Of a DNA stretch of 64,000 bases, positions 27,890-37,108 are shown in pieces. The stretch is taken from contig DCYT01000001.1 of NCBI GenBank assembly GCA_002331145.1, positions 287,697 through 351,696 on the forward strand, written 5' to 3'. Position numbers and translations under genes: made by a program. The stretch's first letter is position 1; each line of letters opens with the position of its first letter. Below the pieces are notes generated by a model that was not told where the DNA came from, ran no database searches, and saw nothing but the letters and a program-made list of their open reading frames with translations. Source of the stretch: Candidatus Minusculum obligatum (GTDB lineage Bacteria > Patescibacteriota > Minisyncoccia > Phycocordibacterales > Phycocordibacteraceae).

Positions 27890-27915
27890 CAAAAGCGACC
27901 CTCCTGGGTCGCTTT
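27890..27915. terminator. bidirectional intrinsic terminator between the paralog-B gene (+) and rplB (-)
   Basis: AAAGCGACCC-tcct-GGGTCGCTTT with flanking A/T runs. Confidence 0.7.
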
Positions 27916-27918
27916 CTT

Positions 27919-28761
27919 TTATCGTCGCTTTCCAACCTTTCGGCGAGAAACAATGAATTTGTTTGAGTACTTCTTCGGTGCTCGTGTCTTCTGCCCCTTT
28001 CCAGTAGGCTTTCCCCACTTACTTCGAGCCCTTCGGTGTCCTCGCCCTGCCTTTCCTTCTCCTCCTCCATGAGGGTGATCATGTGATCCCATGGCAGATC
28101 CTCGAACTGTAGGCCGAACTCCAAGCTTTCGAGATCGTCCAGCCTTTCCAAGACGCACAAGTCCGTGCTCTTCGTTTGAAACAGATCCAACTGTTGCCCA
28201 TGCAGTATCAACAATCTTTCGAATCTCGGTTGAAGGAAGTTTTACCTGCACATATCCTCCATCGTGAGCCTGTACCTCAGCATAGCTACCAGCTGAGCGT
28301 ACGATCTTAGCTCCACCTGCTGGCTTTAGCTCAATATTGTAAATAAATGTTCCTGTAGGGATCTTCTTCAGTGGAAGTCGATTACCAGGTGCTACCTTTG
28401 CTGTCTCTGACGTTACGATAGTGTCTCCAACTGCAACTCCCTTAGGCAGAAGAACATACCGTCGCTCTCCATCCATAAACACAACTCGAGCAATAAATCC
28501 TGATCGGTTTGGATCATACTCTACTGTCTCAACTCGAGCTGGAATATCCTTCTTGTCATATAGGAAATCTACATCTCGGAACTTTCGCTTCACTCCACCT
28601 CCCTTGTGTCGTGTTGTAATACGTCCATCTGCATTTCGTCCAGATCCTCGACGTCGCCCCTTCACAAGTGACTTCATTGGCTTGTCACCTGAAAGTAACT
28701 CCCGGTAGTTGATCCCGGTCATTCCTCGTCGTCCTGGTGATGTTGGCTTAAACTTTTTCAT
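27919..28761 (-). CDS. rplB: 50S ribosomal protein L2
   Basis: Full-length L2 with conserved GGGEGKAGRG-like C-terminal region. Confidence 0.95.
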   Translation of the reverse strand: MKKFKPTSPGRRGMTGINYRELLSGDKPMKSLVKGRRRGSGRNADGRITTRHKGGGVKRKFRDVDFLYDKKDIPARVETVEYDPNRSGFIARVVFMDGERRYVLLPKGVAVGDTIVTSETAKVAPGNRLPLKKIPTGTFIYNIELKPAGGAKIVRSAGSYAEVQAHDGGYVQVKLPSTEIRKIVDTAWATVGSVSNEEHGLVRLGKAGRSRKLGVRPTVRGSAMGSHDHPHGGGEGKAGRGHRRARSKWGKPTGKGQKTRAPKKYSNKFIVSRRKVGKRR

Positions 28762-28763
28762 AT

Positions 28764-29138
28764 TTAAATAAGCTGTAGTTTATCTCCATCCTTAAGCGTA
28801 ACGTACGCCTTCTTGATTCCACTCTTAGATCCTGCCTTTCCTTTTGTTCGACGAGACCCCTTCTTCCCTGGAGTCTTTGTCATGTTTACCTTAGTGACAG
28901 TTACATTAAATGCTTCCTCAACTGCTTTTGCAACATCTCGCTTATTTGCTGCTGCAAATACCTGGAATACGTACACATTCTTAACTCCAGCAAGAAGGGC
29001 CTTCTCAGTTAGGTGAGGCTTTGCAAGAATGTTAGCAGGAATAACCCCTGTCTCTGTTACAGCCTTAGGCGCCTTCTCCTCCTTTACGGCAGGAGCGTCA
29101 GCTTTCTTTTCCTCTTTGTCATTTCCAAAAATTCCCAT
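28764..29138 (-). CDS. rplW: 50S ribosomal protein L23 (N-terminal Lys/Glu extension)
   Basis: Position and core sequence. Confidence 0.85.
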   Translation of the reverse strand: MGIFGNDKEEKKADAPAVKEEKAPKAVTETGVIPANILAKPHLTEKALLAGVKNVYVFQVFAAANKRDVAKAVEEAFNVTVTKVNMTKTPGKKGSRRTKGKAGSKSGIKKAYVTLKDGDKLQLI

Positions 29139-29141
29139 ACG

Positions 29142-29828
29142 CTATTTCTTACGTTCGCTAATTACCTGCACTGCCTCAGTTGGGCTCTCGATAATAAGGT
29201 AGGTATATCCTAGAACATCGACCGGGTTTAGGTTTCGAACCTCCTCAACATCAACACGCTTGATGTTCGCAAAGCTTTTCTTAACTGCTTCAGTCTTCTC
29301 AACTGATGCAATAAGTGCAGCATTCTTTGCCTTCCCAAGCTTTTCAAACTTAGGAGCAAGGGCCTGCAATACTGCCTCTGCCTGCTTTGTCTTTGGAGCA
29401 TCAATACCAAGACTCTCAACGAAGATAATCTCTCCATCTCGCATCTTCTGTGAAAGAGCTGTAAAGAGTGCCTTTACTCGCATCTTCTTAGAGATAGTCT
29501 TTGTGTAATCCTTTTCATTCTTTGGACCAAACGTAACTCCTCCTCCTCGCCAGATTGGTGATCGACTTGATCCATGACGAGCTCGTCCCGTACCTTTCTG
29601 CTTCCAAGGCTTCTTACCTCCTCCAGAAACCTCACTTCGGTCCTTTGTGTGAGCATTACCAAACCGAGCATTGCTCTGCATTCCTGTTACTACCTGGTGT
29701 ACAAGATCTCCATTCCAAGCAAGCCCAAATACTGCCTCTGGAAGATCTATTGTTCCAGCCTCTTTTCCATCTGTACTAAAAATTGGTGCAGAAAGCTTTG
29801 TATTCTTTTTTGTTGTTGTCTCTGCCAT
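29142..29828 (-). CDS. rplD: 50S ribosomal protein L4
   Basis: Position and sequence. Confidence 0.9.
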   Translation of the reverse strand: MAETTTKKNTKLSAPIFSTDGKEAGTIDLPEAVFGLAWNGDLVHQVVTGMQSNARFGNAHTKDRSEVSGGGKKPWKQKGTGRARHGSSRSPIWRGGGVTFGPKNEKDYTKTISKKMRVKALFTALSQKMRDGEIIFVESLGIDAPKTKQAEAVLQALAPKFEKLGKAKNAALIASVEKTEAVKKSFANIKRVDVEEVRNLNPVDVLGYTYLIIESPTEAVQVISERKK

Positions 29829-29829
29829 A

Positions 29830-30453
29830 TTATTTTGAAACTACCTCAATTAGGGTTCCCTTACGTCCTGGAATTGCTCCCTTGATCATAAGAGTATTGT
29901 TCTCCTTGTCTACCGCAACGACCTTAAGATTTTTTACGGTAACCATGTCAGAACCCATTCGTCCTGGCATTTTCTTTCCCTTTGCTACACGTCCACCATC
30001 TCCTGCTCCTCCTCCGATTGAACCAGGTGATCGCTCTGTGTGCTTTTGTCCATGACTTCGTGGTCCTCCGTGGAAACCGTGACGCTTCACAACTCCCTGG
30101 AATCCCTTTCCCTTTGAAATTCCCCGAACGATAAGGTTGTCACCAACTTCAAATGTTGAAGCGTCGATAACGTCTCCAACATTCTGCTCTGGTGCTCCCT
30201 CCACTCGGAATTCTCGAAGCTCAGAATGAGGTGCAACTCCTGCCTTCTTAAAGTGTCCAAGAGCCGCCTTATTAAGACGTGACTCCTTCTGGTCTTTAAA
30301 AGCAACCTGTACAGCATTGTACCCATCTGACTCCTCAGTTTTTACCTGAGTTACAGAAATAGGCCCCGCATGTACTACGGTAGCAGGATGTACCCGACCA
30401 TTTTCGTCGAATACTTGTGTCATCCCTTCTTTTGTTCCAAGAATAAATTTCAT
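29830..30453 (-). CDS. rplC: 50S ribosomal protein L3
   Basis: MKFILGTKEGMTQVFDENG typical L3 N-terminus. Confidence 0.9.
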   Translation of the reverse strand: MKFILGTKEGMTQVFDENGRVHPATVVHAGPISVTQVKTEESDGYNAVQVAFKDQKESRLNKAALGHFKKAGVAPHSELREFRVEGAPEQNVGDVIDASTFEVGDNLIVRGISKGKGFQGVVKRHGFHGGPRSHGQKHTERSPGSIGGGAGDGGRVAKGKKMPGRMGSDMVTVKNLKVVAVDKENNTLMIKGAIPGRKGTLIEVVSK

Positions 30454-30477
30454 TAAAAAATGCGCCTACAATGGCGC
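30454..30477 (-). promoter_or_regulatory. terminator-like hairpin plus U-run in the rplC 5' leader, ending 1 nt before the ATG (candidate attenuator)
   Basis: Minus-strand RNA reads GCGCCAUUGUAGGCGC AUUUUUUA AUG; no Shine-Dalgarno; sits in a leader of roughly 80 nt from the promoter at 30533..30560. Confidence 0.4.
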
Positions 30478-30532
30478 AAACCCTTTTGGGCTCTTACCAT
30501 TGGTCCCCGTCTCGGGTACGTAGCGTGTGAGC

Positions 30533-30560
30533 ACTATACATGAATAATTCTGAGATGCAA
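30533..30560 (-). promoter_or_regulatory. sigma70-like promoter for the rplC-rplD-rplW-rplB unit (TTGCAT-16-TATAGT)
   Basis: Minus strand TTGCATctcagaattattcatgTATAGT. Confidence 0.45.
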
Positions 30561-30566
30561 ATAGTA

Positions 30567-30601
30567 AGCCGCCTTCAGAATAATAATATTCTGAAGGCGG
30601 T
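30567..30601. terminator. hairpin terminator downstream of the 30607..30969 gene
   Basis: AGCCGCCTTCAGAATA-ata-TATTCTGAAGGCGGT long perfect stem. Confidence 0.65.
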
Positions 30602-30606
30602 AAATA

Positions 30607-30969
30607 TTATAGAGCTTGCCGCTCTTCATACCTCCACACAAGGAAAGTGTCGCGGAAGAGTCGAAAGACACCAAAAGCGAACATGCAAAAAATAGCAGCG
30701 AGAAAGAAAATTTCACTCCACCCACTGCCAAACATCCGCGGATCACCCAACACAAACATGATGGAAATGAAGAGCAATGCCTCAGTAAAAGGCTTTTTCA
30801 TCATGGCACCAATGGCAGCAAGGAGACCAATCATAAGACCAACCTCCACGCTGCCACTCCCAAAATGAATCATGGCCACTGCGAAGGAGCCAGCTACCAG
30901 CACCAGAAGTGCTTCTTTCAAATGTTCCACTGTATTTCTCCAAAAAGAACTAGGGAGGTAATGTGCCAC
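30607..30969 (-). CDS. hypothetical membrane protein (about 4 TM) inserted between rpsJ and rplC
   Basis: ORF-track ORF with GTG start; hydrophobic; own promoter-like GTTTGACAT upstream and terminator downstream. Confidence 0.45.
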   Translation of the reverse strand: MAHYLPSSFWRNTVEHLKEALLVLVAGSFAVAMIHFGSGSVEVGLMIGLLAAIGAMMKKPFTEALLFISIMFVLGDPRMFGSGWSEIFFLAAIFCMFAFGVFRLFRDTFLVWRYEERQAL

Positions 30970-31029
30970 TAGAAATTACTGATGTCAAACAAAAACACCC
31001 CCAGAAGGGGGTGTTTTTGAACCTTTTCT

Positions 31030-31377
31030 TTAGGCCATCTTTACTTCAATTGAAACTCCAGATGGAAGAGATAGGTTTGTAAGTGCATCAATGACCTTTG
31101 GATTTGGATTCATGATGTCGATAAGACGTTTGTGAATCCTCATCTCAAACTGTTCTCGCGCGTCTTTGAAGACGAAGCTAGCTCGGTTCACTGTGTAGCG
31201 CTTAATTTCTGTTGGAAGTGGAATAGGTCCTACAACCTCAGCATCAAAGCGAAGTGCGGTATCCATAATCTGCTTCACAGATAGATCAAGAACCTTGTGC
31301 TCATAGGCACGTACGCGAATGCGTAGCTTTGGCGCAGTTTGCGCCTTCTTGCTCTCTGTTTTCGTTTCCGTTGCCAT
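31030..31377 (-). CDS. rpsJ: 30S ribosomal protein S10
   Basis: [24 protein letters not shown]10 signature; Lys-rich N-terminal extension. Confidence 0.9.
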   Translation of the reverse strand: MATETKTESKKAQTAPKLRIRVRAYEHKVLDLSVKQIMDTALRFDAEVVGPIPLPTEIKRYTVNRASFVFKDAREQFEMRIHKRLIDIMNPNPKVIDALTNLSLPSGVSIEVKMA

Positions 31378-31413
31378 ATAAGTTTACAAAGTTCTAATTT
31401 CTAATGAATCAAC

Positions 31414-32610
31414 TTAGGCAACAACCTTTGTTACCACTCCAGCTCCTACAGTCTTTCCTCCCTCTCGAACGGCAAATCGCTGTCCATCCTCGAGCGCTAC
31501 CGGTGCAGATAGCTTTACCTTAAAGGTAACAGTATCTCCAGGCATAACCATCTCTGTTCCTTCAGCTAGGGTTACGTCTCCAGTTACGTCAGTTGTACGG
31601 ATGTAGAACTGCGGCTTGTATCCTGAGAAGAATGGTGTATGACGTCCTCCCTCATCCTTTGAAAGTACGTATACCTCAGCCTCAAACTCAGTGTGAGGTG
31701 TTACTGATCCTGGGATCGCAAGCACCTGACCTCGGTGGATCTCCTCCTTCTTTGTTCCTCGAAGAAGAATTCCAGCGTTGTCTCCTGCCTGAGCGCTCTC
31801 AAGCTGCTTGTTAAACATCTCAACTCCAGTAACGGTAGTTTTTGCGGCCTTGTCGTCGATTCCAACGATTTCGATCTCATCTCCTACCTTGATCTCTCCT
31901 CGCTCTACACGTCCTGTAACTACAGTTCCTCGTCCTTCAATTGAGAACACGTCCTCAACTGGCATAAGGAAAGGCTTGTCTGTCTCTCGCTCAGGAAGTG
32001 GGAAGTACTCATCCATTGCCTTTACAAGGTCAAATACCTTCTCTCCAAACTCTCCGTTTGGCTCTTCAAGTGCCTTAAGTCCTGATCCTCGGATCACTGG
32101 AGCGTTCTCTCCATCGAACTCATACTTTGTAAGTAGCTCTCGAACCTCCTCCTCAACTAGGTCTACAAGATCAGCATCCTCTACCTGATCAACCTTGTTT
32201 AGGAAAACAATGATCTTAGGCACTCCAACCTGCTTTGCAAGAAGAATGTGCTCTCGAGTCTGTGGCATCACTCCGTCTGAAGCTGCTACCACAAGTACAG
32301 CACCATCCATCTGGGCTGCTCCCGTAATCATGTTTTTAATGTAGTCGGCGTGACCTGGCGCATCGATGTGTGCGTAGTGTCGCTCCGGTGTTGTGTACTC
32401 GTTGTGTGAAAGTGCGATTGTAATTCCTCGCTCCTTCTCCTCAGGTGCGTTGTCAATCTGATCAACGGCCTTCATGCTCGAACCATATCCATCTCCCTTA
32501 GCGTTTAGAACGGTAAGGATAGCGGCTGTAAGCGTAGTCTTTCCGTGGTCAACGTGACCAATTGTTCCTACGTTTACGTGTGGCTTTGAACGATCAAATG
32601 CTTCTGCCAT
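31414..32610 (-). CDS. tuf: elongation factor Tu
   Basis: [30 protein letters not shown]; start ATG 32610 ([11 protein letters not shown]). Confidence 0.95.
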   Translation of the reverse strand: MAEAFDRSKPHVNVGTIGHVDHGKTTLTAAILTVLNAKGDGYGSSMKAVDQIDNAPEEKERGITIALSHNEYTTPERHYAHIDAPGHADYIKNMITGAAQMDGAVLVVAASDGVMPQTREHILLAKQVGVPKIIVFLNKVDQVEDADLVDLVEEEVRELLTKYEFDGENAPVIRGSGLKALEEPNGEFGEKVFDLVKAMDEYFPLPERETDKPFLMPVEDVFSIEGRGTVVTGRVERGEIKVGDEIEIVGIDDKAAKTTVTGVEMFNKQLESAQAGDNAGILLRGTKKEEIHRGQVLAIPGSVTPHTEFEAEVYVLSKDEGGRHTPFFSGYKPQFYIRTTDVTGDVTLAEGTEMVMPGDTVTFKVKLSAPVALEDGQRFAVREGGKTVGAGVVTKVVA

Positions 32611-32782
32611 ATTAGTAAAACTATTACTTGTTAATTTGCTTTTAAAGAAGCAGTGGAGTGTGCGCGAGAACAAATCTTGCCACACCACTACCTCCAACTC
32701 ATGCAAGCGCCCCGTATAAATACGGTTAATAAAAGGCGCAGGTATGCGTTACGGGTATCCTACATCAGAGAGTGCAAAGGTC

Positions 32783-32808
32783 AAGCCCCGAACATCCGTT
32801 CGGGGCTT
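32783..32808 (-). terminator. hairpin terminator after the 32814..33278 gene
   Basis: AGCCCCGAAC-atcc-GTTCGGGGCT. Confidence 0.55.
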
Positions 32809-32813
32809 AGAGC

Positions 32814-33278
32814 TTATGCATATACTTCCCTGTGCAAGGAAAACACAGCATCAACGTTCGGCAGGCGTCTTTCCACGCTGCGATATATCTGACGAGCAGA
32901 CTCTGCTGCCGTCATAATCGTCACAATTCGTGAAAATTCCCATATCATTGCCTGAGCGCTCGGATCAGGCACCATAACTTCTTCCCACCCCTTTTTAGAA
33001 GGAGAAGAGAGGGAAACAAGAGTGCGAACCCCATTAACCTGCATCTTTGAATGATCAAGATCATTAAAGATAAGGCGCATGAGAAGTTCACAACCCTCTT
33101 CTGCAACAGCAATGCTACAAAAGAGCGGGAACTCCTGATGCCCCATAGGGACAGAGATTCGCATCTGCAAGCCTTGGTATGCTACCGGGATGCTCTTTTT
33201 GGAGAACATGGTAGCAATACTGGCCTCAATTGCAGAAACTGGATCGTCGTCGTCAGCAACATTAACTACATCACGCAT
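32814..33278 (-). CDS. hypothetical protein (154 aa) inserted between fusA and tuf
   Basis: Strong AAGGAGG RBS 5 nt upstream of ATG 33278; Asp-rich N-terminus; no family recognised. Confidence 0.5.
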   Translation of the reverse strand: MRDVVNVADDDDPVSAIEASIATMFSKKSIPVAYQGLQMRISVPMGHQEFPLFCSIAVAEEGCELLMRLIFNDLDHSKMQVNGVRTLVSLSSPSKKGWEEVMVPDPSAQAMIWEFSRIVTIMTAAESARQIYRSVERRLPNVDAVFSLHREVYA

Positions 33279-33348
33279 CACGTCCTCCTTAAATAACGTT
33301 TATACTCTGTATTTCATACTACTCTTATTTTTAAAAATGCCAATGATA

Positions 33349-33371
33349 AAGCCTCGGATTACTCCGAGGCT
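33349..33371. terminator. hairpin terminator at the 3' end of the interrupted ORF
   Basis: AGCCTCGGA-ttact-CCGAGGCT with T-rich flanks. Confidence 0.55.
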
Positions 33372-33847
33372 TTTCTTTGAGATCGTACAGCTGCTTTGCG
33401 CCTCCCTAATATATACCGTGACCATTCTTGATCAATGCGGGGCATTTTCGTTATGAACTCATGAAGCGCGTAGTCTGCACACCACCCAACATCCTTCACT
33501 TCAACACTGAAAAATATTTCCCATACAAGGTCTTGGCTCGGCAAAAGAATAAGGCGATTCCCATATCCTCCCTTATATACATGATGCCCCAAGACTCGAA
33601 TGTTTCCGTCATCAAAGTGATAGATCTTTATTTATGCAATAAATTGGAGCTCTTCATGATTTCCAACCTCTTTTACACAAAAAGATGCTTTGTATGTCCT
33701 GTGACCAACAATAAGGTCTACACGTATCTTGTCTCCACCAATTTTTCGTTGAACATTAAGATTACGGTTCCTGCACTCCACCTCAATCTTGTCTGCCATC
33801 CGAGCAAAGAAGCCGGACCGCTTGTTAAACTCAACAATCTTGCCCAT
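33359..33847 (-). pseudogene. ORF of about 163 codons interrupted by a single in-frame TAA (33632..33634); possible pseudogene or read-through gene
   Basis: ORFs 33632..33901 and 33359..33592 are in the same frame separated only by TAA; GAGAGGAAGG RBS before ATG 33847; hairpin terminator overlaps the 3' end. Confidence 0.4.
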
Positions 33848-33871
33848 TTCTTCCTTCCTCTCTTTATGAAA

Positions 33872-33895
33872 AGAACACTCTATACAGAGTGTTCT
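33872..33895 (-). terminator. intrinsic terminator immediately downstream of fusA
   Basis: AGAACACTCT-atac-AGAGTGTTCT followed on the minus strand by TTTTCAT. Confidence 0.6.
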
Positions 33896-33917
33896 TTTCA
33901 ATCTATTTAGTCAATAG

Positions 33918-36071
33918 TTACGCTGTTCCGCGTGCTTCTGCAATTTCTTTTGCAACGTTTGCAGGCACAACCTCGTAGTGGTCAAACTCCATAGACATGT
34001 TTCCACGTCCCTCAGTCATAGACCGAAGAGTTGTTGTATATCCGAACATCTCAGATAGAGGTACCTTCGCGTGAAGAAGCTTCATTCCTCCTTCAACATC
34101 GTCCATAGACTCAATGTGTCCTCGCTTTGAAGTTAGGTTTCCATTGATGTCTCCCATGAACTGCTCTGGAGTATATACCTCCACCTTCATAATAGGCTCA
34201 AGCAATACAGGCTTTGCTTGCTTTGCTCCCTCCTGGAAGGCCTGGATAGCAGCCAACTTAAAGGCAATCTCAGATGAGTCTACCTCATGGAATGATCCGT
34301 CATAAAGATCAACAGATACATTCACCAGTGGGTACCCAGCGGTAACTCCACGAGTCATAGCCTCCTTAATACCCTTCTCAACAGCAGGGATGTATTCCTG
34401 AGGAATAACTCCTCCCTTAATGTTGTTAATAAATTCAAATCCCTCTTCTCGCTTCACATTCTTTGCGACCTTTGCATCCTCTTCAAGATCCTCAAGCGGC
34501 GCAAGCTTTAGCTTCACATGTCCGTACTGTCCCTTACCTCCAGACTGCTTAATGTACTTGTGCTCAACCTCTGAAGTTCCCTGGATAGTTTCTCGGTATG
34601 CTACCTGTGGCTTACCTACATTTGCCTCCACATTGAACTCTCGCTTCATTCGATCAACAAGAATCTCAAGGTGTAGCTCTCCCATACCTGCAATAATAGT
34701 CTCAAGCGTCTCTTCATCTGAAGATACCTTAAAGGTTGGATCCTCATCTGAAAGCTTTCTTAGTGCTAGACCTAATTTCTCCTGATCGGCCTTAGTCTTA
34801 GGCTCAATACGCATCGCTACCACTGGCTCAGGGAATGTAATCTGATCAAGAATAATCTGATCATTCTCATCACAAAGAGTGTGTGATGTCTTTACGTCCT
34901 TAAGTCCTACCGCAGCTGCAATCTCTCCTGCGTATACCTCCTCTACCTCCTCTCGCTTATCAGCCATCATTCGCACGATTCGTGATAGTCGCTCCTTCTG
35001 TCCTGAAGTTGAGTTGTATACGTAACTTCCAGCCTTCACCGTTCCTGAATACACACGGAAGAATGTAAGTGATCCTACGAATGGGTCAGTCTGCAGTTTA
35101 AAGGCAAGAGCAGAAAATGGCTCATCATCTTTTGGAGCACGTGTTACTTCCTCTCCTGTCTTAGGATCAACTCCCTCAACTGGAGGCAGATCAAGTGGAG
35201 ATGGTAGGTAATCCACTACGGCATCAAGAACTAGCTGCACTCCTTTGTTCTTTAGAGCAGATCCTGTGAACACTGGGAAGATTGCGTTTGCAATCACAGC
35301 CTTTCGAAGACCCTCCTTAAGCTGCTCGATAGTGAACTCTCCTCCCTCAAGGAATGTATCAAGCATGTCCTCATTATTCTCTGCGATTCGCTCAACAAGC
35401 TCAGCTCGGAACTTCTCCGCATCAGCCTTCAAGTTCTCAGGAATCTCTTCCTCTCGAACATTCTCTCCCATAACTCCATCGAAGTAGTACGCCTTCATCT
35501 TTAGAAGATCTACCGCTCCCTCATGGTCTCCCTCCTCTCCAATAGGAATCTGCATTCGGATAGCCTTCTTTGAAAGACGGCTTAGAATAGATTCGTATGA
35601 GCGCTCAAAGCTAGCACCTGTTCGGTCCAGCTTATTGATGAAACACACACGTGGCACTTTCGCTTCCTCTGCATATCGCCAGTTAGTCTCTGACTGTGGC
35701 TCTACTCCCGCTACCCCATCAAATACCACAACAGCACCATCAAGTACTCGCATAGATCGCTTTACCTCTGCGGTAAAGTCGATGTGACCTGGAGTATCGA
35801 TAATGTTGAAGTTTGTTCGATCTGCATCGTTCTTTGGATCTCCATCTGTCTTGGTATAACCACAAGAAACAGCAGCTGAGGTAATAGTAATTCCTCGCTC
35901 TCGCTCCTGGTCCATCCAGTCAGTTACAGTCTCTCCGTCATGTACCTCTCCAATTTTGTGTGAGATTCCGGTATAGAAAAGAATACGCTCAGATGTCGTT
36001 GTCTTTCCCGCATCAATGTGGGCGATAATTCCGAAGTTTCGGACCTTATCTAGTGGGTATTGTCGTGCCAT
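33918..36071 (-). CDS. fusA: elongation factor G
   Basis: AHIDAGKTTT G-domain; 717 aa; follows rpsG. Confidence 0.95.
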   Translation of the reverse strand: MARQYPLDKVRNFGIIAHIDAGKTTTSERILFYTGISHKIGEVHDGETVTDWMDQERERGITITSAAVSCGYTKTDGDPKNDADRTNFNIIDTPGHIDFTAEVKRSMRVLDGAVVVFDGVAGVEPQSETNWRYAEEAKVPRVCFINKLDRTGASFERSYESILSRLSKKAIRMQIPIGEEGDHEGAVDLLKMKAYYFDGVMGENVREEEIPENLKADAEKFRAELVERIAENNEDMLDTFLEGGEFTIEQLKEGLRKAVIANAIFPVFTGSALKNKGVQLVLDAVVDYLPSPLDLPPVEGVDPKTGEEVTRAPKDDEPFSALAFKLQTDPFVGSLTFFRVYSGTVKAGSYVYNSTSGQKERLSRIVRMMADKREEVEEVYAGEIAAAVGLKDVKTSHTLCDENDQIILDQITFPEPVVAMRIEPKTKADQEKLGLALRKLSDEDPTFKVSSDEETLETIIAGMGELHLEILVDRMKREFNVEANVGKPQVAYRETIQGTSEVEHKYIKQSGGKGQYGHVKLKLAPLEDLEEDAKVAKNVKREEGFEFINNIKGGVIPQEYIPAVEKGIKEAMTRGVTAGYPLVNVSVDLYDGSFHEVDSSEIAFKLAAIQAFQEGAKQAKPVLLEPIMKVEVYTPEQFMGDINGNLTSKRGHIESMDDVEGGMKLLHAKVPLSEMFGYTTTLRSMTEGRGNMSMEFDHYEVVPANVAKEIAEARGTA

Positions 36072-36170
36072 ATGTAATTAAATAAAAATAAAAGCGCTCA
36101 AACGCTGTTGGGGCTAGCATACTAAAAGTGGGTAGGAATGCAAGAAAAAACACCCTCTCGGGTGCTTTCT

Positions 36171-36638
36171 CTACCAGGCAAAGTGAGCAAACGCCTTGTT
36201 GGCTTCTGCCATCTTGTGCGTATCCTCTTTCTTCTTAACTGCATCTCCTTCATTTGCAGCTGCAAGCTTTAGCTCTTCAGCTAGTGCTTTTGCCATAGGT
36301 ACACCCTTTCGCTTTCGAGCAGCACCGATAATCCATCGGTATGCAAGAGACATTCTTCGTGCATCACGTACCTCTCGAGGAACCTGATAGTTCGCTCCTC
36401 CAACTCGACGAGATCGAACCTCCATAAGAGGACCAGCGTTTTTAACTGCCTCATCAAAGATACTCATAGCATCTGCATCTTTCTCCTGAGCGATAATATT
36501 AAAAGCATCGTAGACAACAGCCTTTGCTGTCTCTTTCTTTCCATCAAGCATCACATAGTTGATGAATCGTGTAAGCTTCTCCGAATTAAACTTCGGGTCA
36601 GGTCGCCATGTTCGTGTTTTCTTTAGTGGACTTCGCAT
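36171..36638 (-). CDS. rpsG: 30S ribosomal protein S7
   Basis: Position and sequence. Confidence 0.9.
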   Translation of the reverse strand: MRSPLKKTRTWRPDPKFNSEKLTRFINYVMLDGKKETAKAVVYDAFNIIAQEKDADAMSIFDEAVKNAGPLMEVRSRRVGGANYQVPREVRDARRMSLAYRWIIGAARKRKGVPMAKALAEELKLAAANEGDAVKKKEDTHKMAEANKAFAHFAW

Positions 36639-36639
36639 A

Positions 36640-37044
36640 TTATGACTTCTTAGCTCCGTATCGAGATCGTCCTCGCTTACGTCCTTCTACTCCAGTTGCA
36701 TCAAGCTTTCCTCGCACAACAGTGTAGTTAACTCCAATATCCTTTACTCGTCCTCCTCGTACTAGCACTACTGAGTGCTCCTGCAGAGTATGTCCCTCAC
36801 CTGGGATATATGCAGTAATTTCCTGTCCGTTTGTAAGACGTACTCGGGCGATCTTTCGAATCGCTGAGTTCGGCTTTCGAGGAGTCTTTGTTGTTACCTT
36901 AGTACAAACTCCTCGCTTGAATGGAGATGGGTATTCAGTTGGTCGGTTCTTTAGTGAATTGAATCCACGTGAAAGAGCCAGAGTTTTACTCTTTCGCGTC
37001 TTATCTTTTCGCGCTTTCTTTGTAAGCTGATTTACTGTTGGCAT
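36640..37044 (-). CDS. rpsL: 30S ribosomal protein S12
   Basis: [24 protein letters not shown]...PNSAIRK. Confidence 0.95.
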   Translation of the reverse strand: MPTVNQLTKKARKDKTRKSKTLALSRGFNSLKNRPTEYPSPFKRGVCTKVTTKTPRKPNSAIRKIARVRLTNGQEITAYIPGEGHTLQEHSVVLVRGGRVKDIGVNYTVVRGKLDATGVEGRKRGRSRYGAKKS

Positions 37045-37108
37045 AAAATAAAAGTCCCAACCGAGACTGCGCTACTCTACTATCTAATAGCGCTCTTTGC
37101 AAGTGTTT

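Noticed and set aside
33632-33634. Possibility that the in-frame TAA reflects an alternative genetic code, as in some CPR lineages
   Set aside because: The recoded codon in those lineages is UGA, not UAA. Long essential genes here (ftsH, secY, fusA, recG) are intact under the standard code, with no in-frame TGA/TAA interruptions.
33359-33847. Calling the interrupted ORF a calcineurin-like metallophosphoesterase from the GNHE and GHH motifs
   Set aside because: Only the distal motifs are present. There is no room upstream for the DxH and GDxxDRG motifs, because fusA ends at 33918. The match may be chance, so I kept only the pseudogene/uncertain label.
19027-37044. Dozens of antisense or out-of-frame ORFs inside ribosomal-protein, secY, tuf and fusA genes (e.g. 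20033..20350, 20935..21318, 23433..23621, 25261..25635, 28421..28708, 29230..29760, 31808..32188, 34420..34785)
   Set aside because: These are shadow ORFs within highly conserved, confidently identified genes. They show the low-complexity composition typical of antisense translation.
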